In this document: positions 49,299-60,197 of the stretch, in pieces | Layout of the letters: every line of letters starts with the position of its first letter | How positions within the stretch are numbered: position 1 is the stretch's first letter | Assembly: GCA_965242965.1 (NCBI GenBank) | Contig: OZ251518.1 | Coordinates: forward strand, 5,472,001-5,536,000 | Direction of reading: 5' to 3' | DNA: 64,000 nucleotides | Source of the DNA: Candidatus Poribacteria bacterium | GTDB lineage: Bacteria; Poribacteria; WGA-4E; WGA-3G | Made by a program: the position numbers and the translations under genes | The notes under the pieces: model-generated | Database searches by the model: none | What the model was told of the DNA's origin: nothing | Seen by the model: the letters and a program-made list of their open reading frames with translations, nothing else

Positions 49299-51020
49299 CT
49301 ACGGTGCGCGGAGAAACGGAACAATATCCTCTCCTTCGGTGGCGATATAACGTTGATTTGCCCGTAAATGGGTGGCAGTATCAACTTGCCCACTCGGCCA
49401 GCGGATTTCTATCAGTTCTACAGATTCAGCGTTTTTTAGTCCAAAATGGACGCGCAGATCACTGAAGGAAAGATAACTGCCGCTACTCTGCACCTCGGCG
49501 TATTGTGTCAATTCCCCGGCGACTACCTTGATGCGCGCGCCAATTGCGGAACGGTTGCTTTGCGTGCCGACAGCTTGAATCTGTATCCAATTGTTCCGAT
49601 TGCCGCCCTCGTTTCTGAGCAGGTCTGCTGTCTGATTCCAGTTCGTTATGAGGATGTCAATATCGCCATCGTTATCATAATCGCCGAAGGCGGAGGCACG
49701 GCTTATTTTCTGCAACGCGAACCCTGCACCCATCTGTGCGGTGACATCCGCGAACTGTCCATTCCCTAAATTTTGGAAGAGCAGATTCTGCTGCGGCGCG
49801 GTAGTAGACCGGTCGACTTCGGCGATATTGTCCATCGTATGTCCGTTTGCAACGAAAATGTCCTTGTAACCGTCGTTATCGTAATCCAAAAAGCCGATGC
49901 CCCAGCCGAGGTAGCGATGCGTATGTTCCGCGATGCCCGCCGGAATCGTGGTGTCAATGAAAAAGTTGTCGCCTTCGTTGTGATAGAGGGTGTTAGTTTC
50001 GTTCTGGAAGTTGCTCACCGTTGCGTCAAGTCGTCCATCGTTATCGTAGTCGGCAAACGCGACACCCATCCCCGCCTCCTCTTTTCCCGTGTCGCTGCAG
50101 CTGACCCCGGCAAGCAGTCCGATTTCCTCAAAAGTGCCATCGCCTCGGTTTTGGAAGAGGTAGTTGAAACCCTGGTCATTCGCGACGTAGATGTCGGCAT
50201 CGCTGTCGTTGTCAATGTCGCCGATGGTAACTCCGAGCCCGTGCGCGGCGGGCACGTTTGCAAAGCCGCTCTGTTCGGTGAAGTCGGTGAAGGTGGCATC
50301 GCCGTTGTTATGATAAAGGCTGTCCGTTTGCGGCGGATAACTGTGAGGCCCGCAGTAAACTGGGATGCCCTGCCGGTCGCACGGTTTGTCTGTGAGCGGG
50401 GAGTAATCGGCGTAATTGGTAATGTAGAGCTCAAGAAACCCATCGTTGTCCAGATCAGCGAATGCGCAGCTAGTGCCCCACTTCGGGTCGGCGACGTTCG
50501 CAGCCTGCGCGACATCGGTGAAGGTGGCATCGCCGTTGTTGCGGTAAAGGACGTTCGTGCCGAAATTTGTCACATAGAGATCGGTGTCGCCATCGTTATC
50601 GTAATCCCCGGTCGTCGCGCCGACACCGTATCCAGCGTCGCCTACGCCAGCCGAAGAGGTAACATCGGTAAACATCCCGTTGCCGTTGTTGCGATAGAGA
50701 ACGTTCGTCGGCATTTCCCCGTTTGTTTCAGCTATTTGCGGGCGCGCGTTGATGAGGTAAATGTCAAGAAAACCGTCGTTATCGTAATCAAAAAAGCCGC
50801 CGCCTGAGCCGTATTGTTCGTTGAAAAGTCGTTTGCCGCTTTCTCCATCGGTGTGCAGGAAACGAACTCCTGATACTTCGGCGACTTCCACGAAGGTAAC
50901 AGCGTTTTCCGCTGTGGCAAATGAGGTTGAAAGCATCGCGATGCAGATAAAATAGAGCGTTACCGATAGGCGCGTTTTGTAAGCGCGCGCGGGGTTTGTT
51001 GGGGGCCGAGAGTCCATCAC
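49299..51020 (-). CDS. CRTAC1-family FG-GAP repeat protein with ASPIC/UnbV domain
   Basis: Repeated DYDNDGxxD and LYRNNGDGTF; C-terminal AIGARI..HFGL..IRWPSG. Confidence 0.9.
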   Translation of the reverse strand: MMDSRPPTNPARAYKTRLSVTLYFICIAMLSTSFATAENAVTFVEVAEVSGVRFLHTDGESGKRLFNEQYGSGGGFFDYDNDGFLDIYLINARPQIAETNGEMPTNVLYRNNGNGMFTDVTSSAGVGDAGYGVGATTGDYDNDGDTDLYVTNFGTNVLYRNNGDATFTDVAQAANVADPKWGTSCAFADLDNDGFLELYITNYADYSPLTDKPCDRQGIPVYCGPHSYPPQTDSLYHNNGDATFTDFTEQSGFANVPAAHGLGVTIGDIDNDSDADIYVANDQGFNYLFQNRGDGTFEEIGLLAGVSCSDTGKEEAGMGVAFADYDNDGRLDATVSNFQNETNTLYHNEGDNFFIDTTIPAGIAEHTHRYLGWGIGFLDYDNDGYKDIFVANGHTMDNIAEVDRSTTAPQQNLLFQNLGNGQFADVTAQMGAGFALQKISRASAFGDYDNDGDIDILITNWNQTADLLRNEGGNRNNWIQIQAVGTQSNRSAIGARIKVVAGELTQYAEVQSSGSYLSFSDLRVHFGLKNAESVELIEIRWPSGQVDTATHLRANQRYIATEGEDIVPFLRAP

Positions 51021-52534
51021 TGCTTTTTTGCCTCCTGAATTTCTTTCAAGCGCGCTCGGTAGGCACTGTTATTCGGTGCTAAAGCGATGGCGCGTAGAAT
51101 GGCTTTCTCCGCTGCCGCATACGCGCCCTGGCGATAATAGACATAGGCGAGCGTCTCCAGACGTGCCGCGTTCTCCCCTAATGCGACGGCACGTTCCGAC
51201 AAAGCTCTCGCGCGCGGCAATTCTTCACCTCGCTTCGCATAAAGCCACGCGAGGTTGTTATAGGCATCCGCCGCGTTTTCATCTGCCGCAATCGCGCGCT
51301 CAAACGCGTTCACTGCTTCCTCAACATTTTCTGTTTTGAGATGCAACACGCCAAGCCGCACCCACGCCTGCGCGTCGTTTGGATGGTGCCGCGTTAAGTC
51401 GCGATATATCTGAACGGCATCGGCGTGCTTGCCTTGCTGCGCGTAACTCTCGGCGAGTCCATAGTAAGCAGGCGTTAAATCGGCATCCTTCTGAATCGCC
51501 GTTTGCAAATAGGACACGGCATCGGTGAATTTGCGCTGGCGCGCATGGAGCCAACCGAGGTGGAGATAAGCTTCAGCGTTACTATCGTCCAACTGAAGGA
51601 CGCGTTGAAACGCCGAAATCGCGTCTGAAAACTGTCCGTTTTGCATGTAAAGTCCACCCAGATTGTGATAAAGCGGCAGGGATTCGGGATGCAAAGCCGC
51701 TGCGATTTGGTAGGTGTGAATTGCCGCCTCGTTATTGCCGACTTCAAGGTGCGCTTCTGCCAACTGCATGCGCGGTTCCAACGCCGTAGGATGTTCGTGC
51801 AATACCCTGCGGTACCGATGCGTCTGTTCCTGATACGTTTTCATTCGCTGGAAAGAAGCCAGTTGGGTTTTCGCCGCTTCAACTCGCTTGAGTTTTCGGT
51901 AGGCGATGGCGAGATTGTAGTGAGTCTCGACGTGATAGGGCGCGAATTCAATTGCTTTCTGGTAGAACTGCACCGCCTCCTCCAACCGATTTTCCATAAA
52001 GGCGACACGTCCGGCACCGTGGTATCCCTCGGCGAGGGATATGTCTAGCGCGATTGCCTTCTGATACGCCTGCTGCGCCGCCGCCAATTTTCCGCGTTGG
52101 ACGTAAATATCGCCTAATCGTAAAAAAGGTTCGGCTGCCGTCGGCAAAAGCATAACAGCGTTTTGCGCGTGCTTTTCGGCATCGGCAAACTTGCCTTGGG
52201 CGTGGTAAATGCGGGCCAGACAGACATGCGCAACGCCGTGCGTCTCTGGCGATGCAAGAAGTCCTAATGCGTGACGATACGCGTCCGCTGCATCGTTCGT
52301 TTTGTCTTGTAGCCGATACACCGCCCCGAGTTCGCAGTATGCCTCGGCGTGGCGCGGGTTCAGTTGCAAGACGTTTTGGAACGCAGTCACCGCCTCGGCG
52401 TAAAGTCCGAGTTCCATGGCGCGCATCCCACGCGCATAGTGTTCAGATACCTGCGCCTGCGCGATACCGCAATAGGCAATAATGAAGAAGATGCCGGCAT
52501 ACCAACACATCTGTTTATATCTCAGCGTTCTCAT
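51017..52534 (-). CDS. secreted TPR-repeat protein
   Basis: Signal peptide and many AYxNLG/A-type 34-aa repeats. Confidence 0.9.
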   Translation of the reverse strand: MRTLRYKQMCWYAGIFFIIAYCGIAQAQVSEHYARGMRAMELGLYAEAVTAFQNVLQLNPRHAEAYCELGAVYRLQDKTNDAADAYRHALGLLASPETHGVAHVCLARIYHAQGKFADAEKHAQNAVMLLPTAAEPFLRLGDIYVQRGKLAAAQQAYQKAIALDISLAEGYHGAGRVAFMENRLEEAVQFYQKAIEFAPYHVETHYNLAIAYRKLKRVEAAKTQLASFQRMKTYQEQTHRYRRVLHEHPTALEPRMQLAEAHLEVGNNEAAIHTYQIAAALHPESLPLYHNLGGLYMQNGQFSDAISAFQRVLQLDDSNAEAYLHLGWLHARQRKFTDAVSYLQTAIQKDADLTPAYYGLAESYAQQGKHADAVQIYRDLTRHHPNDAQAWVRLGVLHLKTENVEEAVNAFERAIAADENAADAYNNLAWLYAKRGEELPRARALSERAVALGENAARLETLAYVYYRQGAYAAAEKAILRAIALAPNNSAYRARLKEIQEAKKQ

Positions 52535-53663
52535 AAACCACTTTACCGTCGAAAATTGTCACCAGCACCTCAATTTTGCACGCTGCCGCGTCCCACCGCA
52601 AAAAGAGCAGGTTTGCCGATTCGGATGAATGCAGATTTTCCACACCGAGCAGACGCGCAGGCTGTTTCGTGGCGAGAGCAAATGCCTCCGAAAGCGAAAT
52701 GCCGGCAAAACGGACGCTATTTTCGACACCGCGCATCAATTCAATCGCAGAACCGGCGAGATACTCCGTGCCTACCAAGCGAACCTTGGCTTCATCGGTT
52801 AACTCCACCTTTTTCCCTGCGAATTGATAAACACCCGGTGTCATCCCTGCCAACGCCACGGCATCGCTAATGAGGATACACCGCGCCAGCGTCTTCGCGC
52901 GCATCATCGATTTGACAACGGCAGGCGGCAGATGATGTCCATCGACAATGAGACTTGCCCAGAGTTCATCAGCGGCGAGTTGCTCCCAGATGTAGTTCGG
53001 ATGTCGGCGGATAACGGCGTGCGCACCGTTGCCGAGGTGGGTGGATAACCGCGCGCCTGCCTTGACAGCGGCGTGAATATCGGATGCCGAGGCATTCGTG
53101 TGCCCTAAAGCGACGACGATGTCGTGCTTGACGAGTTTCTCAATAAACGGAATCGCACCCTTACGTTCCGGGGCGAGGGTTACCAACCTGATTTTTCCCT
53201 CGGCGATGTCCTGCCAACGTTGGAATTCGTCCCAATCCGGGTCGCGGGCATGTTCCCGCGGATGCGCGCCGCGCGGCCCGTCTTCCGATGAAATGTAGGG
53301 CCCCTCAAGATGCACGCCGATAACGGAACGGGCAACTTGCGCGTTATTCTCGCACGCCTTGACAATCGCGCGTAGCGAACCCGCAATGCGCTCAAACGAA
53401 CCTGTCACCACTGTCGGACAGAAGAAGCCGGTGCCGACATGCCACAGCGCGCGAACTATCGCAGAAACATCCGATGGCGTAACGCCAGCAACATTCAGAT
53501 CGAACCCCATAAAGCCGTTGACCTGGGTGTCGACGAGGGATGGAGCAATCAGGAGCGTGCTATCGGCGGACGCGGCTTCGCGAATAGATTGCACGCTCCC
53601 GTTGTCGTCAATGGCAATTTCTAGCGGTGTGTTGTCAAAAACGTAGTGTCCGCTGAGTATCAT
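52515..53663 (-). CDS. N-acetylglucosamine-6-phosphate deacetylase-like amidohydrolase
   Basis: DTQVNG, HLEGPYI, GAH, VTLAPE, THLGN, DGHH and LAGS motifs. Confidence 0.85.
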   Translation of the reverse strand: MILSGHYVFDNTPLEIAIDDNGSVQSIREAASADSTLLIAPSLVDTQVNGFMGFDLNVAGVTPSDVSAIVRALWHVGTGFFCPTVVTGSFERIAGSLRAIVKACENNAQVARSVIGVHLEGPYISSEDGPRGAHPREHARDPDWDEFQRWQDIAEGKIRLVTLAPERKGAIPFIEKLVKHDIVVALGHTNASASDIHAAVKAGARLSTHLGNGAHAVIRRHPNYIWEQLAADELWASLIVDGHHLPPAVVKSMMRAKTLARCILISDAVALAGMTPGVYQFAGKKVELTDEAKVRLVGTEYLAGSAIELMRGVENSVRFAGISLSEAFALATKQPARLLGVENLHSSESANLLFLRWDAAACKIEVLVTIFDGKVVYENAEI

Positions 53664-53764
53664 CGGCGTTTGTCCTGCATTCAGAATTTGGGGTTTATGA
53701 TACCGCAATTTGCGTTTATTGTCAAGCGCATTTTCCGCGCTAGAGGCGATTCAGTATTTTCCGC

Positions 53765-53793
53765 TTGACACGTTATACTAAAATCGCTAAAAT
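53765..53793 (+). promoter_or_regulatory. sigma70 promoter upstream of the element and PhyH gene
   Basis: TTGACA, 17 nt, TAAAAT. Confidence 0.6.
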
Positions 53794-53797
53794 AGCT

Positions 53798-54243
53798 GAG
53801 GGTGTTTCATATCTCCGTTTCGGTGTTTATCCCGCCTTGGAGGGATGGCGAATACCGGGAAGGCATTGGCCCGACCTCTGTAGTTCGGGAGCGCCCGCTC
53901 CCGAACGGGTCAGGATCAGGCGATCCTGACCTACAGGGGTGATGCGGTCTGCCAGCCAAACGCATGGCGAGGGAAACCCGCTCGGATGCGCGGATGGCAT
54001 CCGAGGGCCCTCGCCCTACGTGAAGGGGTGGCGTTTTTTTACCGTAGCGCGAGGGCCTGTCCCTCGCGATCGCAACATGGAGGGGAAATCCGCTCGGATG
54101 CGCGTGTGGCATCCGAGGGCCCCCGCGCTACGGGAACATCGAAACCCGAGGTCTCTCCTACGGTATTGCATCGAGACCGGGAGGTCTCGCCTACCGGAGG
54201 AACACGAAACCATTTTGACAACAATGGGTTATGAAACATCCTA
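53798..54243. mobile_element. MITE-like element with imperfect target duplication (AAAATAGCT / AAAATAACT)
   Basis: GAGGGTGTTTCATA / TATGAAACATCCTA ends with REP cargo. Confidence 0.75.
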
Positions 54244-54281
54244 AAAATAACTTCCAACGACAAAGAGGAGGCACGAAAACA

Positions 54282-55136
54282 ATGACTACCACTCCAATCC
54301 TCCAGGGCGAACCGTTCAGCATGGAGAAGACGGCGCAGATTGCCCAACAATTTTTCCGCGATGGATTCGTTCATATTCCCGGTGTATTAACAGACGCGGA
54401 AGTCACCGCGCTCCGCGAGAAAACCGATGAACTCTTTGCAGATCCAGAATTGGCGGAGAGAACCAATCCAACCCTCGCCGATGTGAGATACATCCAGATG
54501 GGCGCGCATTCCGAATCGGGAGAGCAACAGCCGTTCATCTTGCGAAATACGATTGAATTGGACGCGCTTTTTCGCGATATGCTCCTCCGAGAACCGATAC
54601 TCAGTCTCGCAGAGGCGATTGTCGGCGAAGATTGTAAGTTTTGCGGACAGAATGTCCTGCGTAACTTGCCAGGGCTGTCTATTGATAGGTGGCATGTCGA
54701 CGGTTCTGTCCATTTCCCCGTTACCGATGAGATGCCGCACCACGACCCGAGGCTTCGGATGCCGGTGATGTGGTTCACCGTGCAGATGGCACTGTCGGAC
54801 ATTGATTCACTTGAGCACGGTCCGACGCAGTATGTGCCGGGTAGCCACTATTCAGGCAGGCATCCTAACGATGCCGAGAACCCTGAATTTGAGGGAAACA
54901 CGCCTGTCTCGGTTTTCTGCAAGGCAGGCGACATTTATCTGCAGGACCCGCAGTGTTGGCACCGCGGCGCGCCGAACCTTTCAAAGCGAACGCGCTATAT
55001 TTTGCAATCGCAATACGCCGCCTACTGGGCATATTGGCGGTTTAGCCTCTGCAATAGTGTGCCGGTACCGAAAGACGCTCTTCAGAATTCCAGCGAACGG
55101 TTGTTGCGTTTATTGGGAAATCCTCTTCACGCCTGA
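54282..55136 (+). CDS. phytanoyl-CoA dioxygenase (PhyH) family protein
   Basis: FFRDGFV, WHVD, GPTQYVPGSH and WHRG motifs. Confidence 0.85.
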   Translation: MTTTPILQGEPFSMEKTAQIAQQFFRDGFVHIPGVLTDAEVTALREKTDELFADPELAERTNPTLADVRYIQMGAHSESGEQQPFILRNTIELDALFRDMLLREPILSLAEAIVGEDCKFCGQNVLRNLPGLSIDRWHVDGSVHFPVTDEMPHHDPRLRMPVMWFTVQMALSDIDSLEHGPTQYVPGSHYSGRHPNDAENPEFEGNTPVSVFCKAGDIYLQDPQCWHRGAPNLSKRTRYILQSQYAAYWAYWRFSLCNSVPVPKDALQNSSERLLRLLGNPLHA

Positions 55137-55257
55137 TGCCGGTAGGCGCGGTTTCAAAAAATTGGTTTTAAACCTATTCGGAAAAAATGGTCTTTTTTCT
55201 TGGCATTCCGCTTGGAATATGGTATACTAACGTTACAGAACATTTTCGGAGGATACC

Positions 55258-56094
55258 ATGGCTGAAGAAAAAAGGAACGAAGTGGTTCCCGTCACAGCCG
55301 AATACGAAGTCGTCGATCAGGTGGATGACCAGGCGATTATCGAGTTGATGACAGGGCAAACCATTCAGGATTACGTCTACTCCTTCAAACAGGGTGGGCG
55401 CACGGTTGAAGGCTTGACGTTAGCAGGCATTAACGAGGCCGCCAATCGGCGCGGCGGCATCCAAGTGGAAGATGTCACGTATGAAGAGCGCGACAATTCC
55501 TGGATTGCTGTCGCCAAAGCGACAGATACCATCACGGGTTCATCCCGTTACGGTGCGTATGAGCAAGCGAAAATGATGGGAGGGCGCGCTGACCCGTTCG
55601 CCTTCACCAAAGCGATTCACAAAGCGCAGCGGAACGCTATCAAACAGTTGATTCCGGTGCCGGTGATTCGCGAGGTGCTGAACTTCTACCTGCATCGGCA
55701 AACGCAGGGTGGGGCTGCCGCACAGCAGCCGCGGGCGCGACAGGGCGGCGGGAATATCGCTACGGCGCAGAAAGCCGCATTCGCAATTGCGAGCCAGCTC
55801 GCTACGCCGCTCGAAAAGAAGGGCATCTCCAAGGCGGATCTTTGGAACTACATCAAGCGCAGATACGGCGTGGAGTCCCGCAACGACATGTCCGAGATGC
55901 AGTGGACAGAGCTCGCCGCGGAACTCAAAGCGGCGGAAACTGCGCCGAAGCTGCTGGAGGATTTGTGCTCTCGTATTAAGCAGTTAACCACGGCGAGTCA
56001 GCAGAGTGAGGTGCCAACGCCTGAAGAACCGCCGGCTGAGGAGGCTGCCGCGCCGAAAACCGAGGCATCCGCATCTCAGAGCGCGCCTTTTTAA
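55258..56094 (+). CDS. hypothetical protein, possible Rad52/ERF-like single-strand annealing protein
   Basis: Beta-strand core then FTKAIHKAQRNAIKQL helix; acidic tail ending in PF; GGAGG RBS. Confidence 0.45.
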   Translation: MAEEKRNEVVPVTAEYEVVDQVDDQAIIELMTGQTIQDYVYSFKQGGRTVEGLTLAGINEAANRRGGIQVEDVTYEERDNSWIAVAKATDTITGSSRYGAYEQAKMMGGRADPFAFTKAIHKAQRNAIKQLIPVPVIREVLNFYLHRQTQGGAAAQQPRARQGGGNIATAQKAAFAIASQLATPLEKKGISKADLWNYIKRRYGVESRNDMSEMQWTELAAELKAAETAPKLLEDLCSRIKQLTTASQQSEVPTPEEPPAEEAAAPKTEASASQSAPF

Positions 56095-56458
56095 GTCCCG
56101 TGGCGCGGGGGCCTGTCCCCCGCGATCGTCCGACGAGAAGACGGGCCCCCGTTACCGTAGCGCGGGGGCCTGTCCCCCGCGATCGTTGCATGGCGAGGGA
56201 CAGGCCCTCGCCCTACGGTGCAAGGAACCGTTCTTAGTCCCGTAGCGCGGGGGCCTGTCCCCCGCGATCGTCCGACGAGAAGACAGTGCCCCCGGTCCCG
56301 TAGCGCGGGGGCCTGTCCCCCGCGATCTCTCGCGTGCATGAACGATGGCGAGGGACAGGCCCTCGCCCTACGAAAAAACGGCCGGGTCCCGTTCGTTGCA
56401 TGGCGAGGGACAGGCCCTCGCCCTACGAAAAAACGACACTGTCAAGGAAAATTCAAAA

Positions 56459-59400
56459 ATGCCGCAAAAAAAAGAGAACGTCATCACAAGTGCAGTAGTC
56501 GATGTGCTAGAGAATTTATTACCTCGCCAAGCAGGATGGGAAGTCGAAGAACAAGAAAGCGTCCTTGACGGAAACGCGAAGACCCCGGATATCGTCGTGA
56601 AACGACTCCGACACGAAACAGTCGGCATCGATGCAAAATGGCAGGTCGGCGATGGCGAGAAGGAACTCCAATCTGTCCGCGATAAATACTGGGGACAGCC
56701 GCTAATCTCCGAATTCCGCGGCAACAGTGCCGAGTTGAATACGGTGATGGTTATCCGGTATCCTGAATGCTTCCGCGGTCTGAAAAGATGGGAGTTACAG
56801 GAGATTCTTCCTAACGCCGGTGACATTGAGTATGTCCTAGTAGGCCAGTCAAAGGGGGTTGATTACCGTTTCCCGCGTTTGGGATTCGCAACCGGCAATC
56901 TCACGGATGTGGCAAACGCTATCCGAGTCGGCGCGGTGCCGAGTGAGCGCATCAAAGCCGCGGCAAAACAGATGAAAGCAGACGTTGAGGGTGCCGCGCG
57001 CGACTTGCACAACGCAGTATCTCAAAAATCCGTGATAGGCGAGGAACTGAAGGAGATTTTGGACCAGGTCGAATATAGTGAACAGGCTTCGCAGGTAGCA
57101 TGCTTGATAATTGTGGACGCATTCGTGTTCCAAAACTCTCTAGCCGGGGAACTGAGTCTGAAATCGGTTCGGCCGCCTGCCTATTACCAAGTGAACGGCA
57201 TCGACCTGAAATCGGTAGTGGCAGATTGGGATGCGATACTGAACGTCAACTACCACCCGATTTTCCAAGGCGCGCGGGATATGCTGTCCCGAGCGTTTAC
57301 CTACGACGCGGCGATGGCGAAAAAGGTGCTAGAGGAATTGTGCGATATTGCCTGCACGCTAATCGAGTCACACCTCCCACAAATCCACGAATTAGCGGGT
57401 GAGGTATTCCAAGAGCTGCTAGTGGACAGGAAGAACGTCAAGGCGAACTACACGTTGTCAGAGAGCGCGGCGTTCATCTCGGCACTGGCATGTCCGAGTC
57501 TGCCTGAGGAATTGACGCTGGAAACGCTGCCGAAAGTGGCGGATTACGCCTGCGGGACAGGAGCCTTGCTGAACGGCGTTTACAAACGCATCCAGCAGCT
57601 CTGGGAAGAGCGGAAAGGCGAAACAAGCGTCTGCATCCATCAGCACATGCTTGAGAATAATCTGGCGGGCTGCGACATCTTCACACACTGCACCCACTTA
57701 ACGTTCGCGGCGATGGCGAGCGCGCATCCCCAAGTGACACTCGGCGCAACCCGGGTCATCACCGCTCCCCACGGTAAAGTCAGCGAGACTGAATTCAAGA
57801 CAGGTTCGTTGGAGTTGCTAGATAACCAAATGCTATTTGACGCGTTGGATGCGTTTGACAAGCAAGCGAGCGGGGCTGAAGAAGCGACAGCAGAACTCAA
57901 GCGCGAATTCCCCGATGGCGAGATGGATATTGTCATCATGAACCCCCCGTTCCTGACGAACAGCGCGGACAATAATGCGAAGAATCAGAAGCTAGTCTTC
58001 GGTTCTCAGTATCGGAGTAAGGCAGAGCAGGAACTGATGCTGGAGGAACTAGGCAAGAAGAAATCGCGGGTTGGACATGGAAAAGTCCCATACTCCTATT
58101 TCGTGGAACTTGCTGATTTGAAGTTGCGCGACGGCGGACGGATGGCGATGATTCTGCCAGCATCGGTTTTCACAGTTCCTTCGTTTAAGAAGGTGCGCGA
58201 GATGTGGGCGAGGGAATATCACAACGTGCTCGTTGTGACTATGGCGCATAATAACGCGTTTTCTGCCGATACGACTATCGCAGAGTGCATGGTTATCGCA
58301 GACAAAGGCGTTGACAAGAATACAGGCAGGGCGAAATTCGTATCCCTCAGTGAGCGTCCAGGCAACCTACTTGCATCGCAAGTTTTGGCAACCGAGATAG
58401 GACGCAAGGAAGTCACGCGGCGATTGGAAGATGATGCGCTTGGCGGTGAACCCTTCAAAATTGGCGGCGCAAGTGTGGCTAGTGCGTTAGATTGTCCCAT
58501 TGATGCGGACGAATGGGGTGTATCCTGTCTGAAGGCAATGTCGTTGGGACAGATTGCCTATCAACTAAGTCATGGAAACTTGCGGTTCCCCGGTTTAATT
58601 GACGCACTGGAGCTCCCAGTATGTCCGTTGGGCGAAATCGGGAAAGTAGGGGCCAGCGAACCTGACATCAAGCAGAAGGGTAAGCGTGGTGCGTTTGAGA
58701 TGCACGAACGTGAGTCTGCCGTGCAAGAAGGGTATGATGCCATCTACAAATCGAAGAACATCACGTCGCAGCGGGCGATGCAAACCGTGCCAGACTACAA
58801 GGCGCAGATCAAACCTTTTAACGTAGAAAAGGCGCACAGGATTTTGCGTGAGCATAATAGCCGAACGCATTATCAGATGTATTTGGTTTACTCCGCTAAT
58901 TCGATGTTCTCGCATTGGACTGAAAGTCCATCGATCGGTGTTAATTTAATTACCAACGTTCGTTTGTCGGAATCGAAGTATGAAGCCGCATGGACACTCT
59001 GGACAAACTCAACACTGGGATTACTCTGTCACTGGGCGAGGGCTGGCAAACAGCAACCGGGACGCGGGATACTCAAATTAACGGGTTTGAAATCAGTGCC
59101 GACGCTGGATGTCCGTGAACTCTCGGATGTGCAATTAGCCGCGGCGGAGCATGTGTTCGCCGAATTGAAAACTGCACGGATGCTTCCCTACAACGAATGC
59201 CTCTGGGATGCGTGGCGACATATCCTTGATGCGCGGTTGCTTTCAGAGGTGCTTGGTATTGATGCGCCTGCTGTCCACGAGGCGATGCAGACGCTTCGTG
59301 AGATGTTGTCCGCTGAGCCGAGCATCACGGGTGACAAACAGAGCGTTTGCGACTTGGCGGCGGAGCGAGAAGAATACGGTTACGCCGATGACAGCGCGAT

Positions 59401-59500
59401 ATTGGCGACGCAGCAGCTTCAGTTGCGGATGCGAGGTATCCCGTTACCTGATGCATCCGCTGAATTTGAAAAGGCGCGGGCGGAAGCAAAGAAATCTTGA
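56459..59500 (+). CDS. single-chain restriction-modification enzyme (type IIG-like: nuclease, N6-adenine MTase, TRD)
   Basis: PDIVV..GIDAK nuclease motif, DYACGTG SAM-binding motif, IMNPPF catalytic motif, C-terminal TRD-like region. Confidence 0.8.
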   Translation: MPQKKENVITSAVVDVLENLLPRQAGWEVEEQESVLDGNAKTPDIVVKRLRHETVGIDAKWQVGDGEKELQSVRDKYWGQPLISEFRGNSAELNTVMVIRYPECFRGLKRWELQEILPNAGDIEYVLVGQSKGVDYRFPRLGFATGNLTDVANAIRVGAVPSERIKAAAKQMKADVEGAARDLHNAVSQKSVIGEELKEILDQVEYSEQASQVACLIIVDAFVFQNSLAGELSLKSVRPPAYYQVNGIDLKSVVADWDAILNVNYHPIFQGARDMLSRAFTYDAAMAKKVLEELCDIACTLIESHLPQIHELAGEVFQELLVDRKNVKANYTLSESAAFISALACPSLPEELTLETLPKVADYACGTGALLNGVYKRIQQLWEERKGETSVCIHQHMLENNLAGCDIFTHCTHLTFAAMASAHPQVTLGATRVITAPHGKVSETEFKTGSLELLDNQMLFDALDAFDKQASGAEEATAELKREFPDGEMDIVIMNPPFLTNSADNNAKNQKLVFGSQYRSKAEQELMLEELGKKKSRVGHGKVPYSYFVELADLKLRDGGRMAMILPASVFTVPSFKKVREMWAREYHNVLVVTMAHNNAFSADTTIAECMVIADKGVDKNTGRAKFVSLSERPGNLLASQVLATEIGRKEVTRRLEDDALGGEPFKIGGASVASALDCPIDADEWGVSCLKAMSLGQIAYQLSHGNLRFPGLIDALELPVCPLGEIGKVGASEPDIKQKGKRGAFEMHERESAVQEGYDAIYKSKNITSQRAMQTVPDYKAQIKPFNVEKAHRILREHNSRTHYQMYLVYSANSMFSHWTESPSIGVNLITNVRLSESKYEAAWTLWTNSTLGLLCHWARAGKQQPGRGILKLTGLKSVPTLDVRELSDVQLAAAEHVFAELKTARMLPYNECLWDAWRHILDARLLSEVLGIDAPAVHEAMQTLREMLSAEPSITGDKQSVCDLAAEREEYGYADDSAILATQQLQLRMRGIPLPDASAEFEKARAEAKKS

Positions 59501-59799
59501 ATCCAAATCTTGATGTGCCCGTAGTGCGGGGGCCTGTCCCCCGCGATCGTCCAACGAGAAGACGGTGCTCCCGGTCCCGTAGCGCGGGGGCCTGTCCCCC
59601 GCGATCGTTGAATTGCGCGGACGCTGGCGAGGGAAACCCGCTCGCATGCGCGTGTGGCATGCGAGGGCCCAAGCCCTACGATGAAGGAGGGGCTTTCTGC
59701 CGCCGCGGCCTCGGTAGGCGAGCCGCCCTATTGCATCGAGACCAGGAGGTCTCTCCTACGGGGATTTATGAAACCCCCTCACTATTGGGGATACCGGCG

Positions 59800-60078
59800 T
59801 TAGGTTTTGTTGTTTCGGTGGTAGTCCAGCAAGGTTTGTAATACATCGTCAAACGTTGGCGCGCGAAGGGCGGTGTAATGTAACTGCTCCAAGAGTTGCA
59901 AATCGGTGAGCGCCTCAAATGTAGGTTTGAAGAGAGCCACATCCGAATCGTCAAAGCGTGCATCCAATACCGCGAGGAGGTTATCAATGCCGAGTTGGAT
60001 GCCTTCTTTGCGTGCCTTTTGGCGTGCTTCCTCCAAGGGCTTCTCCATGAGGTCTTGTAAAAGCGATGCATGTTTCAT
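59800..60078 (-). CDS. stand-alone RpnS-like cassette 2 (92 aa)
   Basis: TCGGAGGAAGACATG start; homologous to the C-terminus of 60607-61572. Confidence 0.8.
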   Translation of the reverse strand: MKHASLLQDLMEKPLEEARQKARKEGIQLGIDNLLAVLDARFDDSDVALFKPTFEALTDLQLLEQLHYTALRAPTFDDVLQTLLDYHRNNKT

Positions 60079-60197
60079 GTCTTCCTCCGAAAGCATGGTG
60101 CGGGCTGTCTCCGAGTCATGGGCGCGATGGCGGCAAGAACGGTTCCGTTTCTCGGCGTTCGTCCCACGCGGCTTGGGATGCGCCGCGTGGGTTGGTG

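Noticed and set aside
56345-56458. N-terminal 38 aa of the RM enzyme ORF
   Set aside because: REP-derived sequence; the ATG at 56459 is the more plausible start.
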